Of a stretch of 64,000 nucleotides of DNA, positions 30,946 to 55,864 are shown in pieces (within the stretch, counting starts at the first letter, position 1; each line of letters opens with the position of its first letter). The stretch comes from Chrysomallon squamiferum (Eukaryota > Animalia > Mollusca). A program made the translations under genes and the position numbers. The DNA is taken from assembly GCA_012295275.1 (NCBI GenBank), contig CM022666.1, forward strand, positions 15,376,001 through 15,440,000. The letters run 5' to 3'. The notes under the pieces were generated by a model, which saw only the letters and a program-made list of their open reading frames with translations, was not told the DNA's origin and did not search any database.

Positions 30946-32954
30946 CACGTTTAATGAGAAAAGTAACCTAACACACTTTTCACTTAGCAGCAAGGTTTTT
31001 GTTTTATCCGCACCTACCTACAAACAGGGAAACACAAACACCACAGGCTTTTATACAAGGGACTGACTCGAATGGTTGATTTGAAAAAGCTGCACCCGAT
31101 TAAATAAATACCAGATGTCTGGAACAGAGTTCTATCGTGTACGAATTCTATAAATAATAATAATTAAAAAAAAAAAAAAAAGAATGGATGATTGAATGAA
31201 TGAATGAATTAATAAAAATAAACAAAATATATAAAATAATAATAATGATAATGTCGATGATGATAATAATCTGAATAAAAAAAAAAAAAAAAAAAAAAAT
31301 TGCAGAAAAACAGTTGATCACTGCTGTTTGCAGTATTCTGCGAACAACAGCAAAAATTTAATTTCAACTTTGATAAAGCGATTTTTCTGAACGCCTCAGC
31401 GACACAAGGGTTAATTAAATATGGATTTATTTCAATTCTCAATTATTTTCTGTCATATCTGCCGAGCACAGAGATCCAAAGTCTGTCGAACAACAACGAT
31501 ACAAAGAGCGGAGCACGAATTTCGGAAAAAAGGGGTGCGTGACGTCATGGTTCACCCTCTTCCACCGATTTCAGGATCAATCGCTGCTGTTGGTTAGCAG
31601 CAGTAAATCCTTGACGTGTTGCCTTCCCACAGAAAGGAAATTACAAAAACTTCATTTCACGGCAAGTAACGATTATTTGGTGTTTTATCGATAGTTGGTC
31701 GAAGATGACGACAGTGTTTATCGACAATCCATTAATATTCTGGTGATTATACTTTCCTGCTAAAGTAGATGAGTTCTGAGTGGAACGGGAAAGTAAGACG
31801 AATCCAGCAACTCTTCCTGTTGATAGAAATATATTTGCTAATAATGTTCCAGTAAAGAAATTTCACAACTAAGATAACAACTACTACTGCTACTACTACT
31901 ACTACTGCTTCTGCTGCTACTGTTACAACTGCTTGTGATATTACTAATGTTACTACTACTACTAATGACATTACTCCTACTACTACTACTACTACTATTA
32001 CCAGTGCCATTACTGTTATTGCTGCAGTATTGCTACAACAACAACTACTACAGCTACTGCAGCTGCTGCTGATATAGTGCTATTACTACTGCTAGTACTA
32101 TTTCAACTGCTAGCACTATAATAACAACGGATACTATTAGTATTACTAGTGTCTGCTGCTAGTAAATCTATTACTTTTGTTATAGGTATTGCATGTTAAG
32201 TCAATAAGAAGATAAAAAATTAATAATAACAAAAAGAATAGAAAAGGAAAAAAAAAAAATAAATTAGATAATAATAGAGATCTGTATTCATACCCGTAGG
32301 TAATTCAGCATTACGTTAAAGTCAGATACAATTACATTACTACAGAAAGTATTAAATTTCTTTCTTTTCAATCACCTCCTTTTATCTTTAATAACAAAAT
32401 TGAAAATTTAATTTAAATCGCCTTTCCATTCATGCAATCACCTTTAGCAAGTGAAAAAAAAAAAAAAAAAAAAAAAAAGAAGAACAAGAAGAAGAAAAGG
32501 AACCATTATACGAATATTTTTTTGGTTTGTTCTTTCATTATATTACTTTCTTTTTCTGCTGTTTTCTTTTTTGTCTTCTCATTTCTAAGTGATTATTAAA
32601 ATATCTTCTACATCACGGTTTCCTAAAGGGTAATTTATTTGTAATTTATATGACTTCTTTTGCTGTGATGCACTCGCTGGTTAATACTGAAAGGTAGTAA
32701 TTACTGTATACATTATGTATGTCTTTCAACACGTGCTCTGGCTTTCATAACGTTATTCCTGTAACAACCACTGCATGAAAGATATTTATTTTGATCCAAT
32801 TAATGATGACTTTTTTTTTTTTTTTTAATCTATTTTCAAGATGGGAAGCCTTTGCTCGCATTCAGGCTTCCATAATCCTGATTAAACCTCTTAAATCTAC
32901 GTTCCAGTTCTTTTCTTAATCCGTTTTCTACGAAATGAATGTTTAAAATCTAAT

Positions 32955-33250
32955 CTGCCAATGACGTCATAACGTTTAACACAGATCTAATGACCTCATA
33001 ATGGGCAAACGAAAGATCTAATGACATCGCGAAGGGCAGAAAAGATGTAATGACCTCATCCAGGTAACGGCAGCTGCAGTGACATCACAAAATGCGCAGT
33101 AGATCTAATTACTTCGTACAGGTCACCTTAGACCTAATGGTATCACAATGAGTAAAGTAGATTTAATTACATCACAATGGGAAGGCGTAGATCTAATGAC
33201 ATCACAGCAGGCAGAATTGATTTTATAGACCAGATGTAATGACGTCATTA
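32955..33250. repeat. Degenerate ~29-bp array with conserved AGATCTAATGACATCA core
   Basis: Cores start at about 32983, 33014, 33043, 33072, 33101, 33130, 33159, 33189 and 33232. Confidence 0.8.
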
Positions 33251-34546
33251 CAGCATATTTACTTTTAGAACTGTCACTTTCAGTTGTTATTCATTTACCG
33301 GAATAAAAAATCAAAACTAATAAAAAATAAATAAATAAAAATAAAAGAAAATACAATAAAAACATAACAAAAATAAAATAAAAAAATAAAAAATAAATCA
33401 AAAAGAAAAAGAAAAAGAAAAACCACAAATGCGGTGTCGATAACAGGGTTGTTGCTATTTTCTTCAGTGTTCTTTATTAACCCTGAAAGCAGCGGTGCAT
33501 GAGATTCAATCGTGTAACATGTTGGAAGCCTATTAATTACATCGATGCCGCCAGTAAAAGCAGGAAATAATCGGCTGCAAGACAAGGCGAAGTTCATGTG
33601 GTGAAGCGATAACCGTATCAATGTCTGCGTAGAAATAAAAACGCGTTATTCGTTATTATCTTGACACGTTCTCAAACGAACGTAAATTTCACTTCTATCG
33701 CTACAAGAAGAGATCTATAATAAAAATAAAAAATAAATATTAATTTCTGCGTATTTTTATGGTAGAATATTTCGTTAGCAACACTGCGTTAATTCCAAAC
33801 CAATGGCTTCGGTTAAAAGAACATCTGGCACGTGCTTTTGCTAGATGCGATGAAGAAAGAAAAGAAAGAATTTCATTCTTTAGTTAAAGATGATGAAGGA
33901 AATGAAAGTAAAATGGAGAGGAAGAAAGAAAGAAAGAAAGAAAGAAAAAAATGAAAAAATAAAACGAATGTTTTGGTTAAAGGTTATTTTTATTTTTTTT
34001 CTTAATGTAGAAACGACAAATGAAAACAAATAAAGACCGTAATATTAATGAAAAGAAAATTAATACTAAGAAGAAAAAGAAATATTTTCGAATAAAGGAA
34101 ATTTGTTTTTGTTTTTGTTTAATTTGATTAATCGCAGGTCTTTCGTGTCGTGGTCAGTATTAAAGATAAATAAATAAAGAAGAAAAAGTAACTAAAGAAA
34201 GAAAGAAAGAAAAAGAATAGAAGGAAAGATTTTTTTAGAATATCTGAAAGGATCAAAGACATGGAAAATAACACAATACATCAAATATAGCCTAAAATTC
34301 AAAGCTGAATTACTAATAATTTCCTCTAACATTCAGATTTTGAAGATACGATTCTTAATATTTGAATGTTTAGAGTCGCTAAGCCTTTAGTTAGAAATTG
34401 CTAAAAGATGCCAGTCGTTTGTTTTTTTTTTTATACTTTCGGAATCTAGTTTTTTCAGTCCGAATGGTTGTCAGTTTGCTTGTGTCTTCTCCCTTCATGT
34501 ACTCGTCTGGTGCGTGAATTTGTTTTAATTTTCGTTCTGTTTTTTC

Positions 34547-34627
<81 letters not shown>

Positions 34628-35476
34628 TCGCTGTTTGTGGCTGTCCTTCATTCTTCCTTTTTCTTTCTCTGTCTCTCACTTTATTTTAATCATTCTAATT
34701 GTATTTATTTTACGATACGAAAACAACTGGGAAATAATAAAACCAACTTCATTAATTGTTAATTTCATTCATCAGCTTATCGTCTGAAGCCGTCTTCATC
34801 TTTGATCTTTTCTCGTCTTCGTCTCATTAATATTCTACGTGACGTCATTAATCCTGCTCGCCTGGGACGTCTTCAAAATATTCCGTGTCACTTCTCTTTT
34901 GTCAGCCCCGCGTGCCTTTCAGCGCCTGCGCCAAACCAACCAATCAGCTGAAAGCAAACCTCTCGGCTGACGACGTTTGAACAGTTTGTTTTATTTGGCT
35001 TCTTATTGCACTTACGTCAACTTAACGTGTCTAATTTTTGAAGAAAACTTTTGCGTAGTGCATCTGTACAAGCAACACGGCATGTCTGTACAAGGTTTCT
35101 GTGTTTGGAAGGTGATTAAGTGAGACTAGATTCGCGCCAAAACTCACACGTCAAGGAAATATAATATCTGTTTGATTACGTTCGAAATGAGAAAGAAAAC
35201 AAAAATCCAAACGTGGAAATAGCACATAGCGATAGAGGATTCAGATAGTTTAGCTTTCAGTTTGGTTAATGTTGTTGTTTTTCTTGAGATTTAATGAGTC
35301 AAAAATAAATGAGTTTGTTATATCATACACCACAATTTACACCACACACCGTGTTTGGTTTTAATCAGGTGGCTGGGCAGGTTTCCCCTCTAGTTATCTG
35401 AACATGCGTGATTTGTATGCTCAAATAATTACATTGCAATACTTTAAGAAAATAAATATTCGTAATAACAACAAAA

Positions 35477-35507
<31 letters not shown>

Positions 35508-35513
35508 AAGAAG

Positions 35514-35592
<79 letters not shown>

Positions 35593-36165
35593 CTCTTCTA
35601 AAAGCCGATATTTATAAACCGACTGTCTTCAGCGAAGAAAGTCGACATCTTCCGAATGACGTGTCGATAATGATGAAACGCAAACAAAACTATGACGTCA
35701 GTCCAATTGGTCATTAAATCCTATTTCCCTTCGCAAATCGGACTATTTTTAAATAGCATACGAGTTACCAGAATTAAGGTAATATGCATATTTATTTTCT
35801 CTTGCAAAGATTTAAGACCGCAAATCGCATTATAGAAATATAAACAGTGCTGTGGATTAGATTTAAATAGCAACAGACGTTATTTAGTTTATTATTAAAG
35901 TTTTTATTACGAAAAACGTAAAGAATAGGATCGTGAACCGTATGCTGGTAATATTATTTTTCTGTATATTAGTTTTTAGTAGTAACACAGACATTGTGAA
36001 ATTTATTACGAACAAATATTTTGTATATGTATATACTATTTATGTATGTATGAATGTATATGTGTGTGTATGTGTATGTATGTATGTGTGTGTGTGCGTG
36101 TATGTCTATATATATATATATATATATACGACAGATAGATAGCTAGATAGAGAGAGAGAGAGTGT

Positions 36166-36246
<81 letters not shown>

Positions 36247-36832
36247 TGCCTATTTGGCTACTTTTTAAAAAATATATTCAGTAGATTTAGACACCCCGAT
36301 AAATTAATTAGTTTTCATTAATGTTAATGATTTTGGTTTATTTTTCATCTTTCATCTTTTTTTTTTTTTTCATTCATTATTTTTTTTTTCTTATTTTGTC
36401 ATTTATTATTTCTACATCTGTCATGAACCTAATTTCTAACTTAACAATGTCGTTAATACGATCTAAATCTATATTGGAAAAGGAACGACACAGAAATCCT
36501 TTCACGGAATATTTGCCTCCGCGACACCGCCGGAAACGCCCGAACGAATTCGGTTTTGATCTATCGTAGATAATAACAAAAAAATGTGTTAACAACATCA
36601 AACAGAAAGCAGGAAATACTCGTATACGGTTACAAAATAAAGAACTTCGCTTTATTCGCTATTGGAAGACCGGTGAGAGCTGTTGATCAAGGTTTATCGT
36701 TTAAGTTTTTGACTGTGTCAGTGTCGTATGTCGTCTGCTTTTTGTTGACGTGTGTGTGACACGTGACGATGGCGGAAAGTGTTTTCTTTGTTAGGAAAAT
36801 CTGACGGATGACTTGACATCGTGCATGAATTT

Positions 36833-36885
<53 letters not shown>

Positions 36886-38080
36886 AAAAGGAGAGAAAGA
36901 ACAAGAAATGTTCGCTAGTTATTTTTATTACTATTGTTATTGTTATTATTGTCGTTATTGTTATTGTGGTTATTATTGTTGTTACTGTTATTGTTATTAC
37001 AATTATTATCACTATTATTTACTTTTACTATTAATATTACTTTAATTTATTTCAGTTATTATTATTGTAGTTGTTATTATTATTGTTATTGTTGTTGCTG
37101 TTCTTGATGATGATCCAGTAATGACTTCTGTAATAAGTAATAATACTGTGTGTCTGTCAGTGTGTCTGTATGCCCACCTCTCTGTTTACCTAGCTAGGTG
37201 CCTTGTATACATTATTCTCTTAAAGGAGTCGATCCAGAGATCTCTGGATTTATCATTTGTTTCTCTGTGGACCCATTTGAGCCTGGTAGTTAAAACAACG
37301 AAGCTTTGATCCCCTAGTCTTTGTGGGGATTGTAAACAGAACAGATTAACAGTTTCGTTTCTTTTTCGTTTTAAAGCAGGGCAATAGACTTATATGTGTG
37401 TGTGTGTGTATTTATTTATATGTACGTGTTTGTGTGCGTATATGGAAAGGATCACAATTATTACCGCGCTTTCAGCCTACGGTCACAGGTGTTATATCCG
37501 CCTTTTAATTAGATCTAATCTGAAAAATACCTTGGGGCCAATATTGTCACAAGGAAATTCAAATATTATCTCTCCTGACAGCCAAGATGAAATGAAATCA
37601 CAGAGAGTTACCGTCACCATAGGAATGTCATTGTCTTTGACAGCCGTGCGTGAAAAGACGGTCATCATGGCAAAGTGTCATCTTTTCATGTCCGTGTGTT
37701 TGTATCTGAAATAAATCCGATGTTGAAAAGGAGATAAGAGCGGATATAATGGCAGTCGGCCGAGAAGATATTAAAGTTGGCTCTTTCCGACGTTATTTGG
37801 CTAGAAGTCGTTTCTATCAGTTTCTGACTGACAAGCTAAGCTAACCGAGTTTAACGAAACTTGACTGACGCGAGGAAAAACACCCGATTCAAATACGGCG
37901 GTGACGTCCGATTTTTATCGAGCCTTGAATGTGACAATTAAGTCCGTGTTTTATCGAGACTCGCTCGACGATAACGACACCATTTGTCGAGATTCCGATG
38001 CTTTTTCGTATGATTTATTATTATTATTATCATTGTTATTATTATTATCATTATTATAATTATTATCATTATTATTATTA

Positions 38081-38163
<83 letters not shown>

Positions 38164-38164
<1 letters not shown>

Positions 38165-38381
38165 CCAGACCAGTAGGGTCACGTTCAGGTTACGGTGTTT
38201 TGAGATAATGACCTGAAATTCATTTTATGAAAACGTTAGCCAACAGTTCGACTGGTGAGAAAACTAACTACGTCTGTGTTAGTAATGACACACAAATCTC
38301 TATTTCTATTCATTTCTTAACTAGTTCTGTGTTACCTAATTTTGGAAAAATCACACATTTCATTACACCATTAAATAAAAG
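38164..38381. repeat. Dispersed repeat family C, copy 1 (abuts an (ATT)n tract; interrupted by the MITE)
   Basis: Aligns in direct orientation with 49526-49740 (cccagaccagta...tgagaaaact.actacgtctgt...gttctgtgttac). Confidence 0.85.
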
Positions 38382-38641
38382 CACTGGTTGTCAATCTTTT
38401 TCATACCGCGACCCCTTATAAGCAACTCAATATGACCGATGACCCCTTTTAAAATGTTTGACTTCAAAAATATCTAGTGTTACCATATTTTCATCAACCA
38501 AAACGAATCTGTATTCACTCTGACGGGTCCCAAACATTTCTACACGTTTTTATTTATTCCTCCTTCCAAGCCAAGTTGAAAAACGCTAAAATATGCCGTC
38601 GCTCAAGAACGATCTCGCGACCCCCAGGTTGAAAACCTATG
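38382..38641. mobile_element. hAT (Charlie-like) MITE, about 260 bp
   Basis: Imperfect TIRs CACTGGTTGTCAATCT / CATAGGTTTTCAACCT (12/16 match), subterminal CGCGACCCC motifs, 8-bp TSD AATAAAAG/AATTAAAG; the empty site is seen at 49729-49736. Confidence 0.75.
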
Positions 38642-39327
38642 AATTAAAGTAATATTTATTTATTTATTTATTTATTTTATTATATTTTATTTTATTGTAA
38701 TTTATTTTTTTATTTATTCATGTATGTATGTGTATGTATGTATGTATGTATGTATGTATGTATGTATGTATGTATGTATGTATGTATGTATGCATGCATG
38801 TATGTATGTATGTATATAAAAAAACTTCACCAGTGTGGTTTGAACGGGAAATTTAAAAAAAAGTCTTGGTATTCTATTATTAGTTTATTTGTGAAGTTCT
38901 TCTATTCGTTATTGAAACGTTTCTGTGTTTTCTCACTTTCCTAGACGCTCGGATAAATATTTAATATTTCATTTCTTATAAAACTGTTCTTTTCTTACCA
39001 CTGGGATTACAGATTTAATATATTTGTATGTTGTCTGAAATCTTCTGTTTCGTTAATTTTTTTTTTTTTTTCATTGGTTTATCCACAACAAATACAAATG
39101 TAGAAGTACTTGTTAACTTGTCGGAAAAAAAATAAAACAACGCCTATCGATTGAAAATATTGAACATTTTACAGCGAGGTAAATAGCGTGTTAATTTAAA
39201 CTTCACGAGAAATTGTTTTATATTTTTTAATTGTTTGTTAAATACAGCGACATGTATGAATGTGTGACATCTTACAGTATTTTGAGATAAACGATAATTA
39301 CGTAGATTAAGTATGATAATTACATTT

Positions 39328-39378
<51 letters not shown>

Positions 39379-39901
39379 ATATACACACACACACGCACAC
39401 AGTTTTTTACATACACACAAACACACGTATATAAAATGTTTTCCTTCCTTAATTTCCTTTCTTTATTTTTCTCTTTTTCTCATTCTTTCTTTCTTACTCT
39501 TTCCTTCTTTCATCTTTCATTTCATTTCTTCCATCTTTTTATTTCATTTCTTTCCTATCTTTCCGTCTTTCTTGTTTCTTTTTCTATTTCTTTTGTTTCA
39601 TCTGTCTTATTCTCTCTTTCCTTCTTTCGTTCATCCTTTCTCAGTATAAACGTGACAGAGACTGCTGTGTTTTTTTCCACTTTCATTTATCGCTGTATTC
39701 CTGGCTGTTTACTCCTCTGGTTTTAACGTCATTATTCATCACACTACAGGACACACCCGCGGCCACTGCTTGTTAAACAGGTGCGAGGCTCTTCGTTTGC
39801 GACTGACATCTGTGATAAACACCAAGCCAAACTGTGACGATGAATATATGGAAATATAACAAGATGACATGCTGTATTTGTTTCAGTGGATAGTTTAGAA
39901 T

Positions 39902-39969
<68 letters not shown>

Positions 39970-40029
39970 GAAATTTTAATGAAAAAATAATAAAAGTTGT
40001 TTTATATATCTCTATCTAAAATCTGTATC

Positions 40030-40064
<35 letters not shown>

Positions 40065-41311
40065 GTCTGTCTGTCTGCTTGTCTATCTATCTATCTATCT
40101 ATGTATGTATGTATTATATATAGACATATATACTATTGTCTATCTTTTGTTTTCAATTCTTTGCTTCCTTTCTTTTTCTATTTTTCTCTTTCGTTCTTAA
40201 TTTTCGTTTGTTTTTCATTCCTTGTTTCATTCCATTTTTTCTTCCATCTTTTATTTCCTTCATTTCTTTCTTTTTGTTATTCGTTTCATTTCTTTCTTAG
40301 ATTTATCTGTACCTTTCTGTTCTTCATTCTTTTCTCTTTCTTTCTTTCTTTCATTCTTTCTTTCATTCTCTGTTTGCATCTTCTTTCGTGTTTTAAATAC
40401 ATTAAACTGTTTTGTTAAGTTAGTTTGTTAAGAAGTTAGGTAGAGGTGATGCATGTTACCAATCTGATTAATTAGACAGAAACTGGAACTAGAATTTTAT
40501 CACCGGTCGACATTCCAATAGCTTTATTAACACACCTTATTAGTCTTCTTGAGATCCTTCCATCAACAGCAAAGACTCTACCAATATGACGAACTTCTGT
40601 CGTTACAAGAATATTCATCTTCCATTTGCACGCTTTCGTGTGCAATTCTACTGCTTCATACAAACCAACGTACTGTCTTAATGCACAGACGTCTTCATGT
40701 AAACGTAAAGGAGTCCAAATGATCAAAATTTGTTCATTGTCCACAGTACAGATCTTGCCTCTGAGGACAGAAAACACAGTGAACAGAAGCAGTGGAAGAA
40801 GAAAAACAAAACGTAAAAAGCAACTGGATATTCATCTTCAGGAGACGCGAGGAATGAAAAGAGTCCAGCGACTTAATATTTAATACAGACGCATCTAAAC
40901 ACAGCTCTTCCGATGTTGATGTATTAATTAATTAACCTCACGCGTATTTAAAGCGTCTATAAACTTTCTTCAAATTAATCACACACACACACACAACATG
41001 CGATTTGATCAACATGAAACATTCACGGCTGATCAGCTAATGATAATAACATGACTGTGTTATTGTTGCAAATGTAGCATGGTGTAGCGGTTCGGTCCAG
41101 ATGAAAAGTTAATTACGCGGTAAGAAATGACTTTTGATGAAAACGTTTATTGCTTGAGTACGTCGAGGAATTTTCCACGAACACTCTCTGCATCTGGCAA
41201 GCTCTTCCATTTGTTATTACTGTCGTTGTTGTTGTTGTTGTTGTTATTGTTGTTATTATTATTTTTATTATTACTGTTATTATTGTTACTGTTATTACTG
41301 TTATTATTGTT

Positions 41312-41344
<33 letters not shown>

Positions 41345-41352
<8 letters not shown>

Positions 41353-41650
41353 ATCAAACCAAAACGGAGACTCTGTCAGTACTGAAAGCACTTTTGTAAT
41401 GATATTAATGTCGTCTCGCTGAAGTTCAGTGATATTTCGATCAAAAGGATGGCTAGTTGAAAGCTCAGTGCATGTTTCTGTTGTCGCTACTTTCAAAATT
41501 AAAGAACATCTGCGTTCTTTTATCAGTCTGTGAGTCTGTGGCGTCATATCCGGTAGAATATAAAAAAATTGGATCGCATTTATTGAAACGAAAGGTGAAT
41601 GTTGACCAAAATTATTAGCTTTAACAAATGTTGTTCTTTGAAAATTAATG
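41345..41650 (-). repeat. Dispersed repeat family B, copy 1 (left arm of inverted pair) with (GTT/ATT)n tail at 41215-41345
   Basis: Reverse complement of 44773-45092, with long identical stretches. Confidence 0.92.
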
Positions 41651-42309
41651 TTATTAAAAAAAAAAAAAAAAAAAAAAAAAATCTTCTTATCTTATCTTAG
41701 GTACAATCATCAAACTACTGTTGCTGCAATTATTATTATTATTATTATTATTAAGTTGTTTATTATTATTAGTGGTATTTCATATTACTAGTGTTTGTTG
41801 TTGCTATTACATCTAGTAGTGGTGCATATCATCCACTGGGGGTTGTGGTTGTAGTAGTAGCTGTAGTTGTCATGGTGGTTGTTGTATTAGTATAAAATAA
41901 AAATAAAAAAAAGATTATGATTAATTTTAGTGATACATTATCAAAGATAGTACATTTAGTATATTTAGAACTAGAAATTCTATTAGTACTCGTATTGCAA
42001 TAGTATCAGCAGTATCAATATTTATACATCGCTTTGTCATAGCTGCTCTGTTGCAATGGGGCTACGACTCTGCACAAAACTAAGCCGTAATGAAATTAAT
42101 TTTTAATCGTTAAAGTCGATAAACGACAACAAGAAGAAAATAACCACATTTTTCACAAACAGGGCGATCGCAGTCGAACGTCTAAGAATCAGAAACTCGT
42201 GACACGGTGCTGAAATTGCACCAGAAGTAAAATTATGGCAGGGACATTAACCTGCTAGCTAGTGATTTGTATGTTACGCGTAAAAGAAAACAAAACAGTG
42301 TGTTTATTC

Positions 42310-42830
42310 CTTGCAGTCGTGGTAGTTGATGTTGTTGGGAACCAGCCGGGGGGTATTTTACTGGATCTCCTTCGTCGACAACACAAAGAAACAGGAAGCA
42401 TTAACGATACCGATCTTTGCTTTGAACATAAATCGAAACCAGCAAGTTATACTCTTCTGAAACATCAGGACCTCGATCTCAATCGCCTACTGCTTCAAAT
42501 CGGCCCGACGTCACCCAAATCGATAACTTCTTTCCTGACGCTTCCGTCATTGACAAAATGGCAGCGGAAGTGAAACTTCGACAGCCGGCACAAACCTAAT
42601 CGGATTTGTTGTGGTTCGATATCTTTCGCAGCCTCGTGAAAAAAGCGGAGACCTGTCGACTTCGGTAGAAGTACTGAGGGAAAGTTAATCCGACGGGTTT
42701 CCTGATTAAAAGTGTTTTTCTACTCCTGACGTTTATAATAATAACGATATCCCATCGGTCCTTGGTTGAGTTCAAACGTCGACGATTTTCTGCATCTATA
42801 GCTGGCGCATTTATTAAAAGTCCTTTGCTG
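42310..42830. promoter_or_regulatory. CpG-rich island with YY1/ETS-like composite motif (AAAATGGCAGCGGAAGTG), about 1.1 kb upstream of the EF-hand coding exon 1
   Basis: High CpG density; motif at about 42555-42572. Confidence 0.35.
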
Positions 42831-43124
42831 CTAACGGAAAAACAAAAAAAGTGTCGGTTCTAGGATTTTTCACCTCACCTCATCTACAGCAGTCACCTCT
42901 TCATGTTTTCTCTTAATTTTTTATTTATTTCTTCTTTCTAAATAAAAATAGAGAGGCAGAGACAAAGATGGAGAGAAAGAGGTATAGAGAGAGAGGTAGA
43001 TAAAGAAAGGAAGTTATATATATATATATATATATATATGTCTAATTGTGTGTGCGTGCGTGTGTATATAAATATGTGGATGATGTGCAAACACAAAGAT
43101 GGACAGAAATATATTATAGAGAGA

Positions 43125-43233
<109 letters not shown>

Positions 43234-43670
43234 TATATCGCATTATCGCATTGTAAAGCTGTGTTATTTACAAAGACTAGGCAAACACACACTCATTTAA
43301 AACACAGCAGTTACTCAGTTCATTTCAGCGTTCTGCCACTGCCTCATTTTAAGTATAGTCCTTGCAGACGTGTGTTAATTGTGTCGTGCATGTGACAAGC
43401 ACATTGTGGATGTTTCCTCTGTGATTGGCGAAACTGAAGATAATAATGTGTTGTCACGATTACAATCGTCAGGAAGCAAACTAACGTGAAATGTTCTTCC
43501 TTAAGGCTTGTTAACACAGTACAATTAAAGAAAACGATCTGCTGCTATGGATTACATACATTTAGTAATTTGATATTACTGACAGCAAACCAATGTCAGT
43601 GAGTCACTGGTTAGATTTAAAATAATAATAACAACAACAATAATAACAATAATAACAACAACAACAACAA

Positions 43671-43702
<32 letters not shown>

Positions 43703-43922
43703 ATCAACAACAACAACAACAACAACAATAATAATAATAATAATAATAAAAATAAAAAAAAAAAATTGTTTTCATGTGTGTTTAAAAGATTCATTCATTA
43801 ATTGACGTCACATTATAATTTATGTCAAAGCTAAAAATGTATTAATCAATCAATCAATTAATTAATTAATTAATTTATTTATTTTCAGATTTGCAAAAAT
43901 CAGCGCATTTAAAGTTCACAAA

Positions 43923-54120
<10,198 letters not shown>

Positions 54121-55430
54121 TTTATCGTTCCTGATTGGTCTTCGTGATAAATCTGGAATCCCTTCTTTGACAAAAGAAAAACACGAAATACCAGGACAAA
54201 AACTCAGACATTACACTCGTCGTTTTATTTATTTATTTATTGATTGATTTATTGATTTATTTTATTTTATTTTATTTTTTTGACCAGCGTACTCGTTGTG
54301 TTTCTCGGCTTGGTACCATTTGTTTTCTGTGGGGGCATTTCACGGTCAAGTTCTTGACGGACGTGGTATTTTGACATCATAAAAATATTTCTGTGAAAAC
54401 GCGTATGTATTTTTCTCTGTCTTTTGTATTAATAGAAATCATAGAAGTGGCATTTACTTCAAACAAGAACAAAAAAAAAAAAAAAAAAAAAAAAATCATT
54501 TAAAAAAAAAAAAAAAAAATCATTTAGACTAAAAACATTTTTTTTTGTAAGTTTGACTTTAAAACTCTGCTTTCTTTTTATCTTCTAATTTTAATCCGAA
54601 GAATTATTATTTTTGGATCACTTGCTTTTTTTTTCGGAGTCAAATGAAAAAAAAATATATATATATATAAATAATAATAATAATTAAATAAAGATGCCTG
54701 TTGCAATGTAATTATCATGGTTAATCAATAACGATAGCGTGATAGACGTCACGTGACAGATATATAAAATGTCAGTCTGCAGCGCCACCTCATTAAACGA
54801 TGGAAATACTGATACAAAATATTTTCAAACCTTTTAATATAAAATAATATGTTATACTGATATAATATCTTCTACATGATGATTTTATACGTTCTAACTG
54901 AAATATTTAATAAAACAAAATATCACGTCCGTCACTATTTTAATTGTTTTTGCCAAAGTAATACCTACAGAAGTTTCCTTTATCTAGTCTACATGTCAAA
55001 GTTTGCGTATTCAAGATTGTTATGATGTTTAATTGCATATGCTGTACATTGTAAATTTAAATTTAATCATTTCTGTTTTCACAGTAGTTTACCAAATGCC
55101 ATGAAATGCTCCACAAATGAAAATATAATATAAACACTGTCTTTTTCTCGCTTTGCTGATTGTCTGTTGATGTGTATAAGTATTTACATGAATATATCGC
55201 TGGTTATAAACTTAGCTGTTGTTTTAGGATAGAAAACAATCCAAGAAGTAATTTTGTTTCTGGAAGAAAGTTTTTCTGACTGTTTTTTTTATTTATTTAT
55301 TTTTTTTTTTTTTCGAAATGGAAAGAAATATTGTTCACTAATTACCCCATATCGCTAAAGACAAATATATTTTCGAAATGTGTTAATAATAATAACAACA
55401 ACAACAACAACAACAACAGTAATAATAATA

Positions 55431-55494
<64 letters not shown>

Positions 55495-55827
55495 GCAACA
55501 GAGCGTTGTATTATTACTGTTACAACAACTACTATAACTACTACTACTTCACAATTACTACATCACTTGTACTACCATTACTACTTCTGTTACCACAACT
55601 GCTATTGCTACTACTACTGCTACCTCTAATACTAGAACTACTACTACACTTCTGTTACTACTACTTCTATTATTATTACTACTGTTACTATTACTACTAC
55701 TACTACTACCACTGCTTAATAAACAACAACAATAACAATAATAATGATAAAAGTAATGATCATAATGATGATGATGATGACGACGATGATGATATATTAT
55801 AAATTAACTGATTTAAAGAGCTCTGTA

Positions 55828-55864
55828 CGAGAGGAAACCCGTTTGTTCCGATAGGCAGCAAGGA
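55828..55864 (-). mobile_element. Short fragment of the same SINE
   Basis: gagaggaaacccg...ccgataggcagcaagg matches the reverse complement of the SINE core. Confidence 0.45.

Noticed and set aside
32955-33250. CRISPR-like repeat-spacer appearance
   Set aside because: Eukaryotic locus, degenerate 16-bp repeats, ~13-bp related spacers and no cas genes; kept as a minisatellite or motif array.
42262-42573. 103-aa ORF upstream of the EF-hand gene
   Set aside because: No recognisable domain; better explained as a CpG-rich regulatory island where stop codons are rarer.
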